A stretch of 32,000 bases of DNA from the NCBI RefSeq assembly GCF_001598795.1, contig NZ_BCZP01000011.1, positions 180,001-212,000 on the forward strand, read 5' to 3'. Below the pieces are notes generated by a model. The model did no database searches, was not told the origin of the DNA, and worked only from the letters and a program-made list of their open reading frames with translations. Both the position numbers and the translations under genes were made by a program. The DNA is from Delftia acidovorans NBRC 14950 (GTDB taxonomy: Bacteria; Pseudomonadota; Gammaproteobacteria; Burkholderiales; Burkholderiaceae_C). Shown in pieces: positions 8,523 through 15,988 of the stretch. Within the stretch, counting starts at the first letter, position 1, and each line of letters opens with the position of its first letter.

Positions 8523-11092
8523 GCCGTCACCTCCTTGGCCAGTGCCCGCACCTGCGCGGCATCCTCGCAGCCGAGCGCCCTGTCTGCGAGCGCCTGCAAC
8601 TGCCGCAGGCTGGCCGCGCGCAGGCCGGCCTTGACACCGGCGATGTCGTTGGGGGTCATGGACAGCTCGCCCACCCCCAGCCCGGCCAGCAGCAGCGCAC
8701 CGAACGGGTCGCCGGCCAGTCCGCCGCAGACGCCCACGGGGCGCGCGTGGGTGGCAGCGCCCTGCACGGTGGCGCGCACCATCCGCAGCACGGCCGGATG
8801 CAGGCTGTCCGCCTCGGCCGCCAGTTGCGGGTTCTGGCGGTCCATGGCCAGCACGTACTGGGTCAGGTCGTTGGTGCCTATGGAGAAGAAGTCCGCATGG
8901 CGGGCCAGTGCGTCGGCCTGCACGGCGGCGGCGGGCACCTCGATCATGATGCCCAGCGGCAGGACAGGGGCGTCCAGTTCGGCACGCAGCCGTTCGCAGG
9001 CCGCGCGCAGCGCCAGCAGCTCCTGCACGCTGGTGACCATGGGAAACATCACGGACAGCCTTGCGCCATCGCGGGCCGCCCGGTACAGGGCGCGCATCTG
9101 GGGCTCCAGCAGGTCGGGGCGGCGCAGCAGCAGCCGCGCGCCGCGCACGCCCAGAAAGGGGTTGTCCTCGCGGGGCAGCTCCAGGTGGGCGACCTGCTTG
9201 TCGCCGCCGATGTCCAGCGCGCGAACGATCAGCGGCCGGCCCTCCAGCGCCTGCGCCATGGCGCGGTAGGTTTCGTACTGCTCGTCCTCGCCGGGCGTGC
9301 TGCCGCGCTCCAGGAACAGGAATTCCGTGCGCATCAGACCCACGCCCTCGGCGCCCTGGGACAGGGCCAGCGGCACCTGCTCGGGCAGGTTGACGTTGGC
9401 GCAGACTTCGATGCGCACGCCATCGGTGGTGATGGCAGGCAGGCTGCGCTGCGCGGACACGCGTTCCTGCAGCGCCCGCTGCCCGGCCATGTGGGCACGC
9501 GCCGAAGCCAGGTCCTGCTCCGAGGGATCAAGGTAGATGCGGCCATTGGCGCCATCGACGATGGCCAGGGCCCCATCGGCCATGCCCAGCACGCCGCCGC
9601 CCGCCGCCACGGCGGCCGGCAGCCCCAGCGTGCGCGCGAGTATGGCCGTGTGCGAGGTGGGACTGCCCTGCGCCGTGACCAGCGCGGCCACGCGCGCCGT
9701 GTCCAGCTGGGCGGTTTCCGAGGGCGAAAGATCGGCCGCGACCAGGATGCAGCCGCCTTCCGGCAGGCCCTCCGGTCCCGCCGCTGCCAGCGAGGGCTGC
9801 AGTTGCACGAGCACGCGCCGGCCCACGTCGCGCAGATCGGCGGCACGCGCGGCCAGCGCGGGGTTGTCCAGCGCCTGGAGACGGGCAGCGCCCTCCTCCA
9901 CGGCCTGGTCCCAGGCCCAGGCCACGCCGTGGCCCTGGACCATGAACTGGCAGGCGCGCGTGATGAGTCCGGTGTCGCCCAGCCACTCGGCCTGCGCGCT
10001 GAAGATGGCCGCATCGCCTTCGCCCAGGCGGCGGCGGGTGTCGTCATGCAGGGCGCGCAGCTGGCCCTGCGTCTCGGCCAGCGCCGCATGCAGCCGCGCA
10101 CCGCCCACGCTGAGCGGCTCGGGCAGGTCGGGAATCTCGGCGGCCTCCACACGACACTGGTGGATGCGGGCCACGGCCAGCCCCGGGCTGGCGCCCAGGC
10201 CCACAAAGGCAGGCCGCGCCAGCGGCGGCAGCCAGCCCGTGGCGGGCGATTCGGCCGCCTTGCGCGCAGCGGCGTCGGCATCGGCACGTTCCTGGGCCAC
10301 CAGGGCCTGGGCCACTGCACACAGGCGCTGGACCGCGGCACTGGCGTCGGGGCCCTCTGCCGAGACGGTGACCTTGTCGCCTTCGCGCAGTCCCAGCTGC
10401 AGCAGGCTGGCCATCTGCCGCGCATCGGCCACCTCGCCGCCATGGCGCACCTGGATGCGCGAGGCAAAGCCGCGCGCCGCCTCCGCCCAGCGCGTGGCAG
10501 GCCGCGCATGCAGGCCGTTGGGATAGGCAATGGTCCATTCGCGCGCCTCGGCCAGGTCCACTGCCGCCGGGCGGGCGGCAGGCGGCGCCGGGTCCGCTTG
10601 CCCCTGGAGTACATCGATGACCTGCTGCGCATCGCCGGTGGTGAACAGCGCCTGCAGCCGGGGTGTCTGCAGCAGGCCGGCCAGGCGGCGCAGCAAAGTG
10701 ATGTGGGCATCGGAGCGTGCCGCCACCGCCACGACCAGATGCACGTTCTGGCCTGCATTCCAATCCAGGCCCTCGCGCACCTGGAGCACGGCCACCGCGT
10801 CGCGCAGCACCAGGGCCCGGTCTTCGGCGCGGCCGTGGGGAATGGCCACGCCGTGGCCCAGAAAGGTTTCGGCCTGGGCCTCGCGCGCCTGCATGCCGGT
10901 GGCATAGCCAGGGGCCACGCAGCCGCTGTCCTGGAGCAGCCGGGCCGCCTGGGCGATGGCGTCGGCCTTGTCGCGCACCCTGGCGTCCAGGCGTACGGCG
11001 ATCTGCAGGCCCGCAGGAGCGGTGGGTGCAACCGCCGGGAGAGATGAATGGGCATTGATCATGGCGCGGATTGTGGGAACGTTCCCAACCAT
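8519..11092 (-). CDS. fruB: Fructose PTS multiphosphoryl transfer protein, EIIA(Fru)-HPr-Enzyme I fusion
   Basis: N-terminal EIIA (LGHGVAIPHG), central HPr-like domain (YPNGLHARPAT), C-terminal EI (GSPTSHTAILAR, GTNDLTQY, VGVCGG). The start is ambiguous: ATG at 11092 (MVGNVPTIRA) or ATG at 11062 (MINAHSS). Neither has a clear SD, and the operator palindrome lies between them. Confidence 0.9.
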   Translation of the reverse strand: MVGNVPTIRAMINAHSSLPAVAPTAPAGLQIAVRLDARVRDKADAIAQAARLLQDSGCVAPGYATGMQAREAQAETFLGHGVAIPHGRAEDRALVLRDAVAVLQVREGLDWNAGQNVHLVVAVAARSDAHITLLRRLAGLLQTPRLQALFTTGDAQQVIDVLQGQADPAPPAARPAAVDLAEAREWTIAYPNGLHARPATRWAEAARGFASRIQVRHGGEVADARQMASLLQLGLREGDKVTVSAEGPDASAAVQRLCAVAQALVAQERADADAAARKAAESPATGWLPPLARPAFVGLGASPGLAVARIHQCRVEAAEIPDLPEPLSVGGARLHAALAETQGQLRALHDDTRRRLGEGDAAIFSAQAEWLGDTGLITRACQFMVQGHGVAWAWDQAVEEGAARLQALDNPALAARAADLRDVGRRVLVQLQPSLAAAGPEGLPEGGCILVAADLSPSETAQLDTARVAALVTAQGSPTSHTAILARTLGLPAAVAAGGGVLGMADGALAIVDGANGRIYLDPSEQDLASARAHMAGQRALQERVSAQRSLPAITTDGVRIEVCANVNLPEQVPLALSQGAEGVGLMRTEFLFLERGSTPGEDEQYETYRAMAQALEGRPLIVRALDIGGDKQVAHLELPREDNPFLGVRGARLLLRRPDLLEPQMRALYRAARDGARLSVMFPMVTSVQELLALRAACERLRAELDAPVLPLGIMIEVPAAAVQADALARHADFFSIGTNDLTQYVLAMDRQNPQLAAEADSLHPAVLRMVRATVQGAATHARPVGVCGGLAGDPFGALLLAGLGVGELSMTPNDIAGVKAGLRAASLRQLQALADRALGCEDAAQVRALAKEVTA
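11074..11087. promoter_or_regulatory. Perfect 14-bp palindrome TGGGAACGTTCCCA, a probable LacI/FruR-type operator of fruBKA
   Basis: Seen directly. It fits the LacI-family TGnnAACGTTnnCA half-site architecture and lies in the divergent fruB/regulator control region. A half-matching copy, CGGGAACGATTGCA, is at 11183-11196, just before the regulator start. Confidence 0.65.
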
Positions 11093-11111
11093 CAGTCAAT
11101 CTGCACTGCAA

Positions 11112-11143
11112 CATAACCCGGCCATAATCCGGCAATAACTCGG
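11112..11143. repeat. Three tandem ~11-bp units (CATAACCCGG / CCATAATCCGG / CAATAACTCGG) in the fru divergent promoter region
   Basis: Seen directly. Each unit carries a -10-like A/T core (CATAAT on +, TTATGG/TTATTG on -). Confidence 0.5.
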
Positions 11144-11196
11144 CATTTCTTTGGAGTTATCCTCTGCGGCAACCACAACCAACGGGAACGATTGCA

Positions 11197-12183
11197 TTGA
11201 GCATCAGCATCAACGATGTGGCCCGTGCGGCCGGGGTTTCCAAATCGACGGTATCGCGCGCGCTGGCGGGCGGCTCGGTCAGCGAGGAGGTCCGGGCGCG
11301 GGTCGCGGCCGCCGTGCAGGCCACGGGTTACCGGCCCAATCTGATGGCGCGCCGGCTGCGCGCGCGCGACGCAGGGCCCATGGGCGTGCTGGTGGCCGAC
11401 ATACGCAACCCGTTTTTCACGGCCCTGATCCGCGCGGTCGAGGCCGAGGCCTATCGCCAGGGCCGGCGCGTGCTGTTGTGCAATACCGACGAAGACCCGC
11501 AGCGCGAAGCCATGTACCTGCAGCTCATGCAGGAAGAGCGCATCGCGGGGCTGATCTTTGCGCCCACCCAGGCCAGCCTGCACAAGCTGGAGCGCATGCA
11601 GCTGGAGTTTCCCGTCGTCCTGGTGGACCGGGCGGGCGCCCCGGCCTTCCATGACAGCGTGGTGCTGGACAACGCCCAGGCCTGCGCCACCCTGGTCAGG
11701 CATCTGGTGGGCCAGGGCCGCCGCCGCATTGCAGGCGTCTTTGGCAGCACCAGCAGCACGGCGCGCGAGCGCTGCGACGGCTATCTGGCCGCCATGCACG
11801 ATGCGGGCCTGGCGCCCGACTTGCGCCAGTTGCCTCCGACCAGCGATGCCGCCGAGGCCGAGGTCGCGCAATGGCTGCGCCAGCCGCAGCGGCCCGATGC
11901 CTTCGTGGCCAGCAACAGCCTGCTGCTGGAAGGCTGCCTGCGCGCGATACGCGCCGCAGGCCTGCGCATCCCCGGTGACGTGGCGCTCGCCGGTTTCGAC
12001 AACGAGCGCTGGACAGAACTGGTGGCCCCCGCCATCACCGTGATCGAGCAGCCGGTGGAGGCCATGGGCCGCGCCGCATTCGGCCTGCTCATGGAGCGGC
12101 TGCACACGCCCGACCTGCCGCTGCGCAAGGTGATCATGCAGGGGCGCTGCATCGTGCGCGAGTCCACCCAGGCGGCGGGCTGA
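11197..12183 (+). CDS. fruR: LacI-family transcriptional repressor, probable fructose regulon repressor (FruR/Cra-like)
   Basis: TTG start at 11197. N-terminal HTH (M)SISINDVARAAGVSKSTVSRAL, then a periplasmic-binding-protein-like sugar-binding fold. Divergent from fruBKA, as in Pseudomonas cra-fruBKA. Confidence 0.88.
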   Translation: MSISINDVARAAGVSKSTVSRALAGGSVSEEVRARVAAAVQATGYRPNLMARRLRARDAGPMGVLVADIRNPFFTALIRAVEAEAYRQGRRVLLCNTDEDPQREAMYLQLMQEERIAGLIFAPTQASLHKLERMQLEFPVVLVDRAGAPAFHDSVVLDNAQACATLVRHLVGQGRRRIAGVFGSTSSTARERCDGYLAAMHDAGLAPDLRQLPPTSDAAEAEVAQWLRQPQRPDAFVASNSLLLEGCLRAIRAAGLRIPGDVALAGFDNERWTELVAPAITVIEQPVEAMGRAAFGLLMERLHTPDLPLRKVIMQGRCIVRESTQAAG

Positions 12184-12199
12184 GGTGCTACGCCGGGGC

Positions 12200-12243
12200 G
12201 GGATCACATCGGAATCACGCCGGGGTCACGCCGGAATCACGCA
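12200..12243. repeat. Four tandem 11-bp units (GGGATCACATC GGAATCACGCC GGGGTCACGCC GGAATCACGCA) at the convergent fruR/SulP junction
   Basis: Seen directly. The last unit contains the SulP stop codon (complement of 12237-12239). Confidence 0.6.
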
Positions 12244-13862
12244 GGGATCTGCAACTGGCGCACGGCGTCGTCCACACTCCAGCCCGCATAGCTGGCGTGC
12301 GGCAAGGCCGGATTGCCCACGCGCGCCAGCAGGTCGCGCACGGGGTCCTTGACGCGGGCCAGGGCCAGCGGCACGCCCAGTTGCCGCAACTGGGCCGCGA
12401 AGTCGCACAGCGCCTCGACACTGGTGGCATCCAGATCGGCCGAATCTTCCAGGCTCAGCACCACGCCGCGGGGCGAAGGCAGGGATTGCAGCCGCTCCCG
12501 GATGGCCGCAAACACCGGGTCGGCATTGCCGAAGAACAGCGGCGCCTCGGACCGCGCGATCAGCAGGCCGGCCGGCACCACCGCGTCGGGGTGGCGTGCG
12601 GCATCGACAAAGTCATGCGTGTCCCCCAGCCTGCCCAGCCAGCTCACATGCGAGCGCGACAGCGTTTGCAGCAGCATGAGCAGGCTGGCCGCGATGGCCA
12701 GCAGCAGCCCGTCGAGCACGCCCAGCGCCAGCACGGCAAAGAAGGCCAGCACCACGATCAAGCGATCCCGCCGCCAGGCGAAGTAAGGGCGCAGCGCGGC
12801 AGGGTTCAGCGTGTGGCCCACGGCGTGGATGACGATGGCGGCCAGCAGCGGCTGCGGCGTGCGCTCTATCCAGGGCAGCAGCAGCCAGACGGCCAGGCCC
12901 ACCACGGCGCAGGCCACCAGGCCTGCAGCGCGGCTTTGCGCGCCCGCCACCTTGTTGGCCGATGTGGCCGAGTAGCCCGCGCCCACGGGCATGCCATGGA
13001 ACACGCTCGACAGCAGGTTGGCCGCGCCCAGCGCCATCAGGTCGCGGTTGGCATCGACGCGGTCGCCATGGCGCAGCGCAAAGGTACGGATGGAGCCATA
13101 GGACTCGGCATAGAGGATGAGCGCCATCGCAAAGGCCAGCTCGCCCAGGCGCAGCCATTCGGCGCGCGACAGCGAGGGAATGCCGGGGTTGGAGAAATCC
13201 AGCCGTATCGGCCCCACGGCCGCAATGCCCCAGCGCGCGCACCAGCCGCTCGCATCCAGCGCAATGCCGGCCGCAATCACCAGCAAGGCCGCAGGCAGGC
13301 CACGCCAGCGGGCCAGCGCACGCATCAGCAGCAACGCCGCAACGGCCATGGCCAGGCCCGCTCCATTCCAGTGCCGCCAGCCGGCCAGCAGCTCCCAGAC
13401 AAAGCGCGGCAGATCGCCATGCACAGGCTGGAAGGCGACGGCATGCGGGATCTGCTTGACCACGATGGTCAGCGCCAGCCCCAGCGCAAAACCGCGCAGC
13501 ACGGGCTTGGCAATGAAATTGGAGACCGCGCCCAGCCGCGCCAGCCCCGCCACCACGAAGAACAGGCCCGTCAGCAGCACGATGCCCACGCCCAGCAGCA
13601 TGCGCTGCTGCGGCGAGGTGCCGGCCATGGACGCCGTGGCCGCCAGCAGCACGGCGGCAGAGGAGGATGTGGCCGAGACGATGGCGAAGCGGCTGGTCCC
13701 CAGCAGGCCATAGGCCAGCAGCCCGGCGAACAGCGCAATCACCCCGGCCTGCGGCGGCAGGCCGGCGATGCCGGAATAGGCCACGGCCTCGGGCAGCAGC
13801 AGGCCGGCGATGGACAGGCCGGCGCCCCAATCGGCCAAGGCAGGCAGGCCAGGCGCACGCAT
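12237..13862 (-). CDS. SulP-family anion transporter with C-terminal STAS domain
   Basis: ORF 12237..14153, trimmed to the ATG at 13862 (MRAPGLPALADWGAGLSIAGLLLPEAVAYSGIAGLPPQAG...). Polytopic SulP core, then a STAS-like tail (VVLSLEDSADLDATSVEALCDFAAQLRQLGVPLALARV). The ATG shares one base with the upstream TGA (TGATG). Confidence 0.88.
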   Translation of the reverse strand: MRAPGLPALADWGAGLSIAGLLLPEAVAYSGIAGLPPQAGVIALFAGLLAYGLLGTSRFAIVSATSSSAAVLLAATASMAGTSPQQRMLLGVGIVLLTGLFFVVAGLARLGAVSNFIAKPVLRGFALGLALTIVVKQIPHAVAFQPVHGDLPRFVWELLAGWRHWNGAGLAMAVAALLLMRALARWRGLPAALLVIAAGIALDASGWCARWGIAAVGPIRLDFSNPGIPSLSRAEWLRLGELAFAMALILYAESYGSIRTFALRHGDRVDANRDLMALGAANLLSSVFHGMPVGAGYSATSANKVAGAQSRAAGLVACAVVGLAVWLLLPWIERTPQPLLAAIVIHAVGHTLNPAALRPYFAWRRDRLIVVLAFFAVLALGVLDGLLLAIAASLLMLLQTLSRSHVSWLGRLGDTHDFVDAARHPDAVVPAGLLIARSEAPLFFGNADPVFAAIRERLQSLPSPRGVVLSLEDSADLDATSVEALCDFAAQLRQLGVPLALARVKDPVRDLLARVGNPALPHASYAGWSVDDAVRQLQIPA

Positions 13863-14500
13863 CAGGATTGCGGAGCAACGACGCCGGACCAGCCCGGCAG
13901 GTAGCGCGCCTCGGCGCCGTGCGCCAGGCCCAGGGCCTCGTGCAGGGCCTGATCGGGCAAGGCGACATCGCTCTTGCCACTGCGCAGGTCCTTGGGTGCA
14001 AAGCGCGTGCGGAAAAAATCGGCCCAGAGGAATTCGACGAAAGGCGCCGTGTCCTTGGCATAGCCACCGGCCTTGCGCACGGCGCCGGCCAAGCTGCGGT
14101 AGGGGTCGTCGCGCAGGCGGTCCAGCTGCTCGGGCATCTTGGCCCAGTCGCATCGGCGGCCGCGCTCGTCATACGGATGGGCCCATTGGTGGAACTCCAT
14201 CAGGCGCCAGAACATCAGCGGATCGGCCTCGCTGAAATCGGCCAGCTGCATGACCCAGACCTGCTCCACGGACTCCTGCGTCAGCGCCAGCCCCAGGTGG
14301 TGATGGTCAACGATGTAGTGCAGGCCGCGCGGCCCCAGCACGGCAGGAAACCAGTGCGAGGCCAGAAGGCCTTCGCGCTCCTTGCGCTTGAGGTGGCCCC
14401 ACTGGGCGCGCTTGGTCTGCACTTCGGCGGCGCCTATGGTCATCTGCGTGGGACGCAGTGCGTCCAGCGGAACCCGGGTCAGATGCTGCTGTGCTCTCAT
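13862..14500 (-). CDS. ParB-like nuclease-domain protein (ParBc_2 / ParB-Srx fold)
   Basis: ORF 13862..14620, trimmed to the ATG at 14500, which has GGAGG 8 nt upstream. MRAQQHLTRVPLDALRPTQMTIGAAEV...YIVDHHHLGLAL matches my memory of the ParBc_2 family pattern (LRPTQ...DHHH). Confidence 0.8.
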   Translation of the reverse strand: MRAQQHLTRVPLDALRPTQMTIGAAEVQTKRAQWGHLKRKEREGLLASHWFPAVLGPRGLHYIVDHHHLGLALTQESVEQVWVMQLADFSEADPLMFWRLMEFHQWAHPYDERGRRCDWAKMPEQLDRLRDDPYRSLAGAVRKAGGYAKDTAPFVEFLWADFFRTRFAPKDLRSGKSDVALPDQALHEALGLAHGAEARYLPGWSGVVAPQS

Positions 14501-14640
14501 CGTCCAAACCTCCGTTGCATCAAAGGTGCGGACCCGGCGGGCTGCCCGGTCCGACATCCAGAATACGCCTTCGGAGTTACAAATGGTCGCAACAACGGAC
14601 TTGCACCCATAATCGCTCACAATTTTGTCCCGTTGACCTC

Positions 14641-15327
14641 ATGAACCAGCCCCAACATCCCATCGTCCATGGCACGGAAGACGTGCTGATCAGCCTCTGC
14701 AACTCCGTCTCGCGCGTGCTCCAGGTGGCCACGCAGTGCCAGATCCAGTATTCGGGCATGGTGCAACGCATCACCAAGACCAGCCTCAAGCCCGACATCG
14801 GCTGCTTTGTCCTGGTGGACGGCGGCTTCTCGGGCCTGGTGATCATCAATTTCTCGGCCGCCGCCGCCATGGAGCTGTACCGCAGCTACATGCTGAGCAT
14901 GGGCATGGGCGAGGACGACCTGGCCACCTCCTATACCTCGGACGATGTCAGCAACGTCATGGGCGAGCTGATGAACCAGGTGGTGGGCGACTTCACCAGC
15001 AAGGTCCAGCGCGAGCTTCAGACCTACATCACCCAGAGCCAGCCCAAGATGATCCGCCTGAACAAGCAGGTCAACCTCAGCGTGGACGCCAACCTCGACT
15101 CCCCCGAGGCGCGCCGCGTGACCTTCTACACGGGCAACAACAACATCTTCTATCTCGAACTGGCCATGGACCGCACGGAGTTCATCAAGGTCGTTGACTT
15201 CGAGCCCCAGGAGCGCCCCGATCCCGATGCGCTCATGGCCCAGACCGCCGCCAGCGCCCCGGCCGCAGCGCCCGCGCCGGCCGCCAGCACCGACACCGAC
15301 GAACTGCTCAAGTCGCTGGGCATGTAA
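14641..15327 (+). CDS. CheX/CheC-like domain protein of unknown role (possibly DUF3334-type), with an Ala/Pro-rich linker and an acidic C-terminal tail
   Basis: ORF 14458..15327, trimmed to the ATG at 14641 (MNQPQHPIV...); no clear SD. DIGCFVLVDGGFSGLVIINFSAAAAMELYRSYML...DDVSNVMGELMNQVVGDF follows the CheX pattern (xGxxGxVxLxFxxxxAxxL...D.LGEL.N...G). The family call is from memory, not a search. Confidence 0.7.
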   Translation: MNQPQHPIVHGTEDVLISLCNSVSRVLQVATQCQIQYSGMVQRITKTSLKPDIGCFVLVDGGFSGLVIINFSAAAAMELYRSYMLSMGMGEDDLATSYTSDDVSNVMGELMNQVVGDFTSKVQRELQTYITQSQPKMIRLNKQVNLSVDANLDSPEARRVTFYTGNNNIFYLELAMDRTEFIKVVDFEPQERPDPDALMAQTAASAPAAAPAPAASTDTDELLKSLGM

Positions 15328-15330
15328 CTG

Positions 15331-15381
15331 CCGGCACGCGGCTCCGGCATACAGCCCGGCATACGGCCCCGGCACCGCGGG
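15331..15381. repeat. Four tandem 12-13-bp units beginning CCGGCA (CCGGCACGCGGCT CCGGCATACAGC CCGGCATACGGCC CCGGCACCGCGGG)
   Basis: Seen directly, immediately after the CheX-like stop codon. Followed by the hairpin CCTGAT-N12-ATCAGG (15388-15411). Confidence 0.55.
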
Positions 15382-15433
15382 CAAGACCCTGATGCATGCG
15401 GATGTATCAGGGCGGCCCCGCAAACGACATCGT

Positions 15434-15473
15434 TGATATGCAGATAATTGGGATGCCAACTATTTGAATATCA
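15434..15473. promoter_or_regulatory. 40-bp imperfect palindrome, probable MarR operator
   Basis: The arms TGATATGCAGATAATTGG and the reverse complement of CCAACTATTTGAATATCA match at 15 of 18 positions around a 4-bp centre (GATG). It ends 4 nt before the ATG at 15478. Confidence 0.55.
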
Positions 15474-15477
15474 CCCG

Positions 15478-15987
15478 ATGTCGTCCCCTTTCGCCCCCTC
15501 ACCGCCCACGCAGGCCGACCCCGCCGCCGTGCAAAGGCATTTCATGTTCACGCTGGGGCAGGTGAACAAACAGTGGCGCCGCACGCTGGACCGGCTGCTG
15601 GCACCCATGGGACTGACCCAGGCACTGTGGATGCCGCTGATGCACCTGGCGCGCTCGCCCGAGGCCATGCGCCAGAAGGATCTGGCCCACTCCCTGGCGC
15701 TGGACAGCTCCTCCGTCGTGCGCTTGGTGGACGGCCTGGCCGCCCAGGGCTGGATAGAGCGCGTGGACGACAGCGACCGCCGCGTCAGGAAAATCCAGCT
15801 CACGCCAGCCGGCCATGCCCAGGTAGAAGCCGTGCAGGGCCTGCTGCAGCAGGCGCGTGCCCAGGTGCTGGGCGCCGTGCCGCCCGAGGAACTGGATGCG
15901 GCATACGCCACGCTGCAGCGCCTGCTGCAAGCCATGGCCGCCGAGCCCGCCTGCGACGCGGACCTGCCCGACGAGCAGGCTGCCTGA
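15478..15987 (+). CDS. MarR-family transcriptional regulator
   Basis: ORF 15448..15987, trimmed to the ATG at 15478 because the 15448 start lies inside the palindrome. Winged-helix region QKDLAHSLALDSSSVVRLVDGLAAQGWIERVDDSDRRVRKIQLTPAG. Confidence 0.88.
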   Translation: MSSPFAPSPPTQADPAAVQRHFMFTLGQVNKQWRRTLDRLLAPMGLTQALWMPLMHLARSPEAMRQKDLAHSLALDSSSVVRLVDGLAAQGWIERVDDSDRRVRKIQLTPAGHAQVEAVQGLLQQARAQVLGAVPPEELDAAYATLQRLLQAMAAEPACDADLPDEQAA

Positions 15988-15988
15988 G

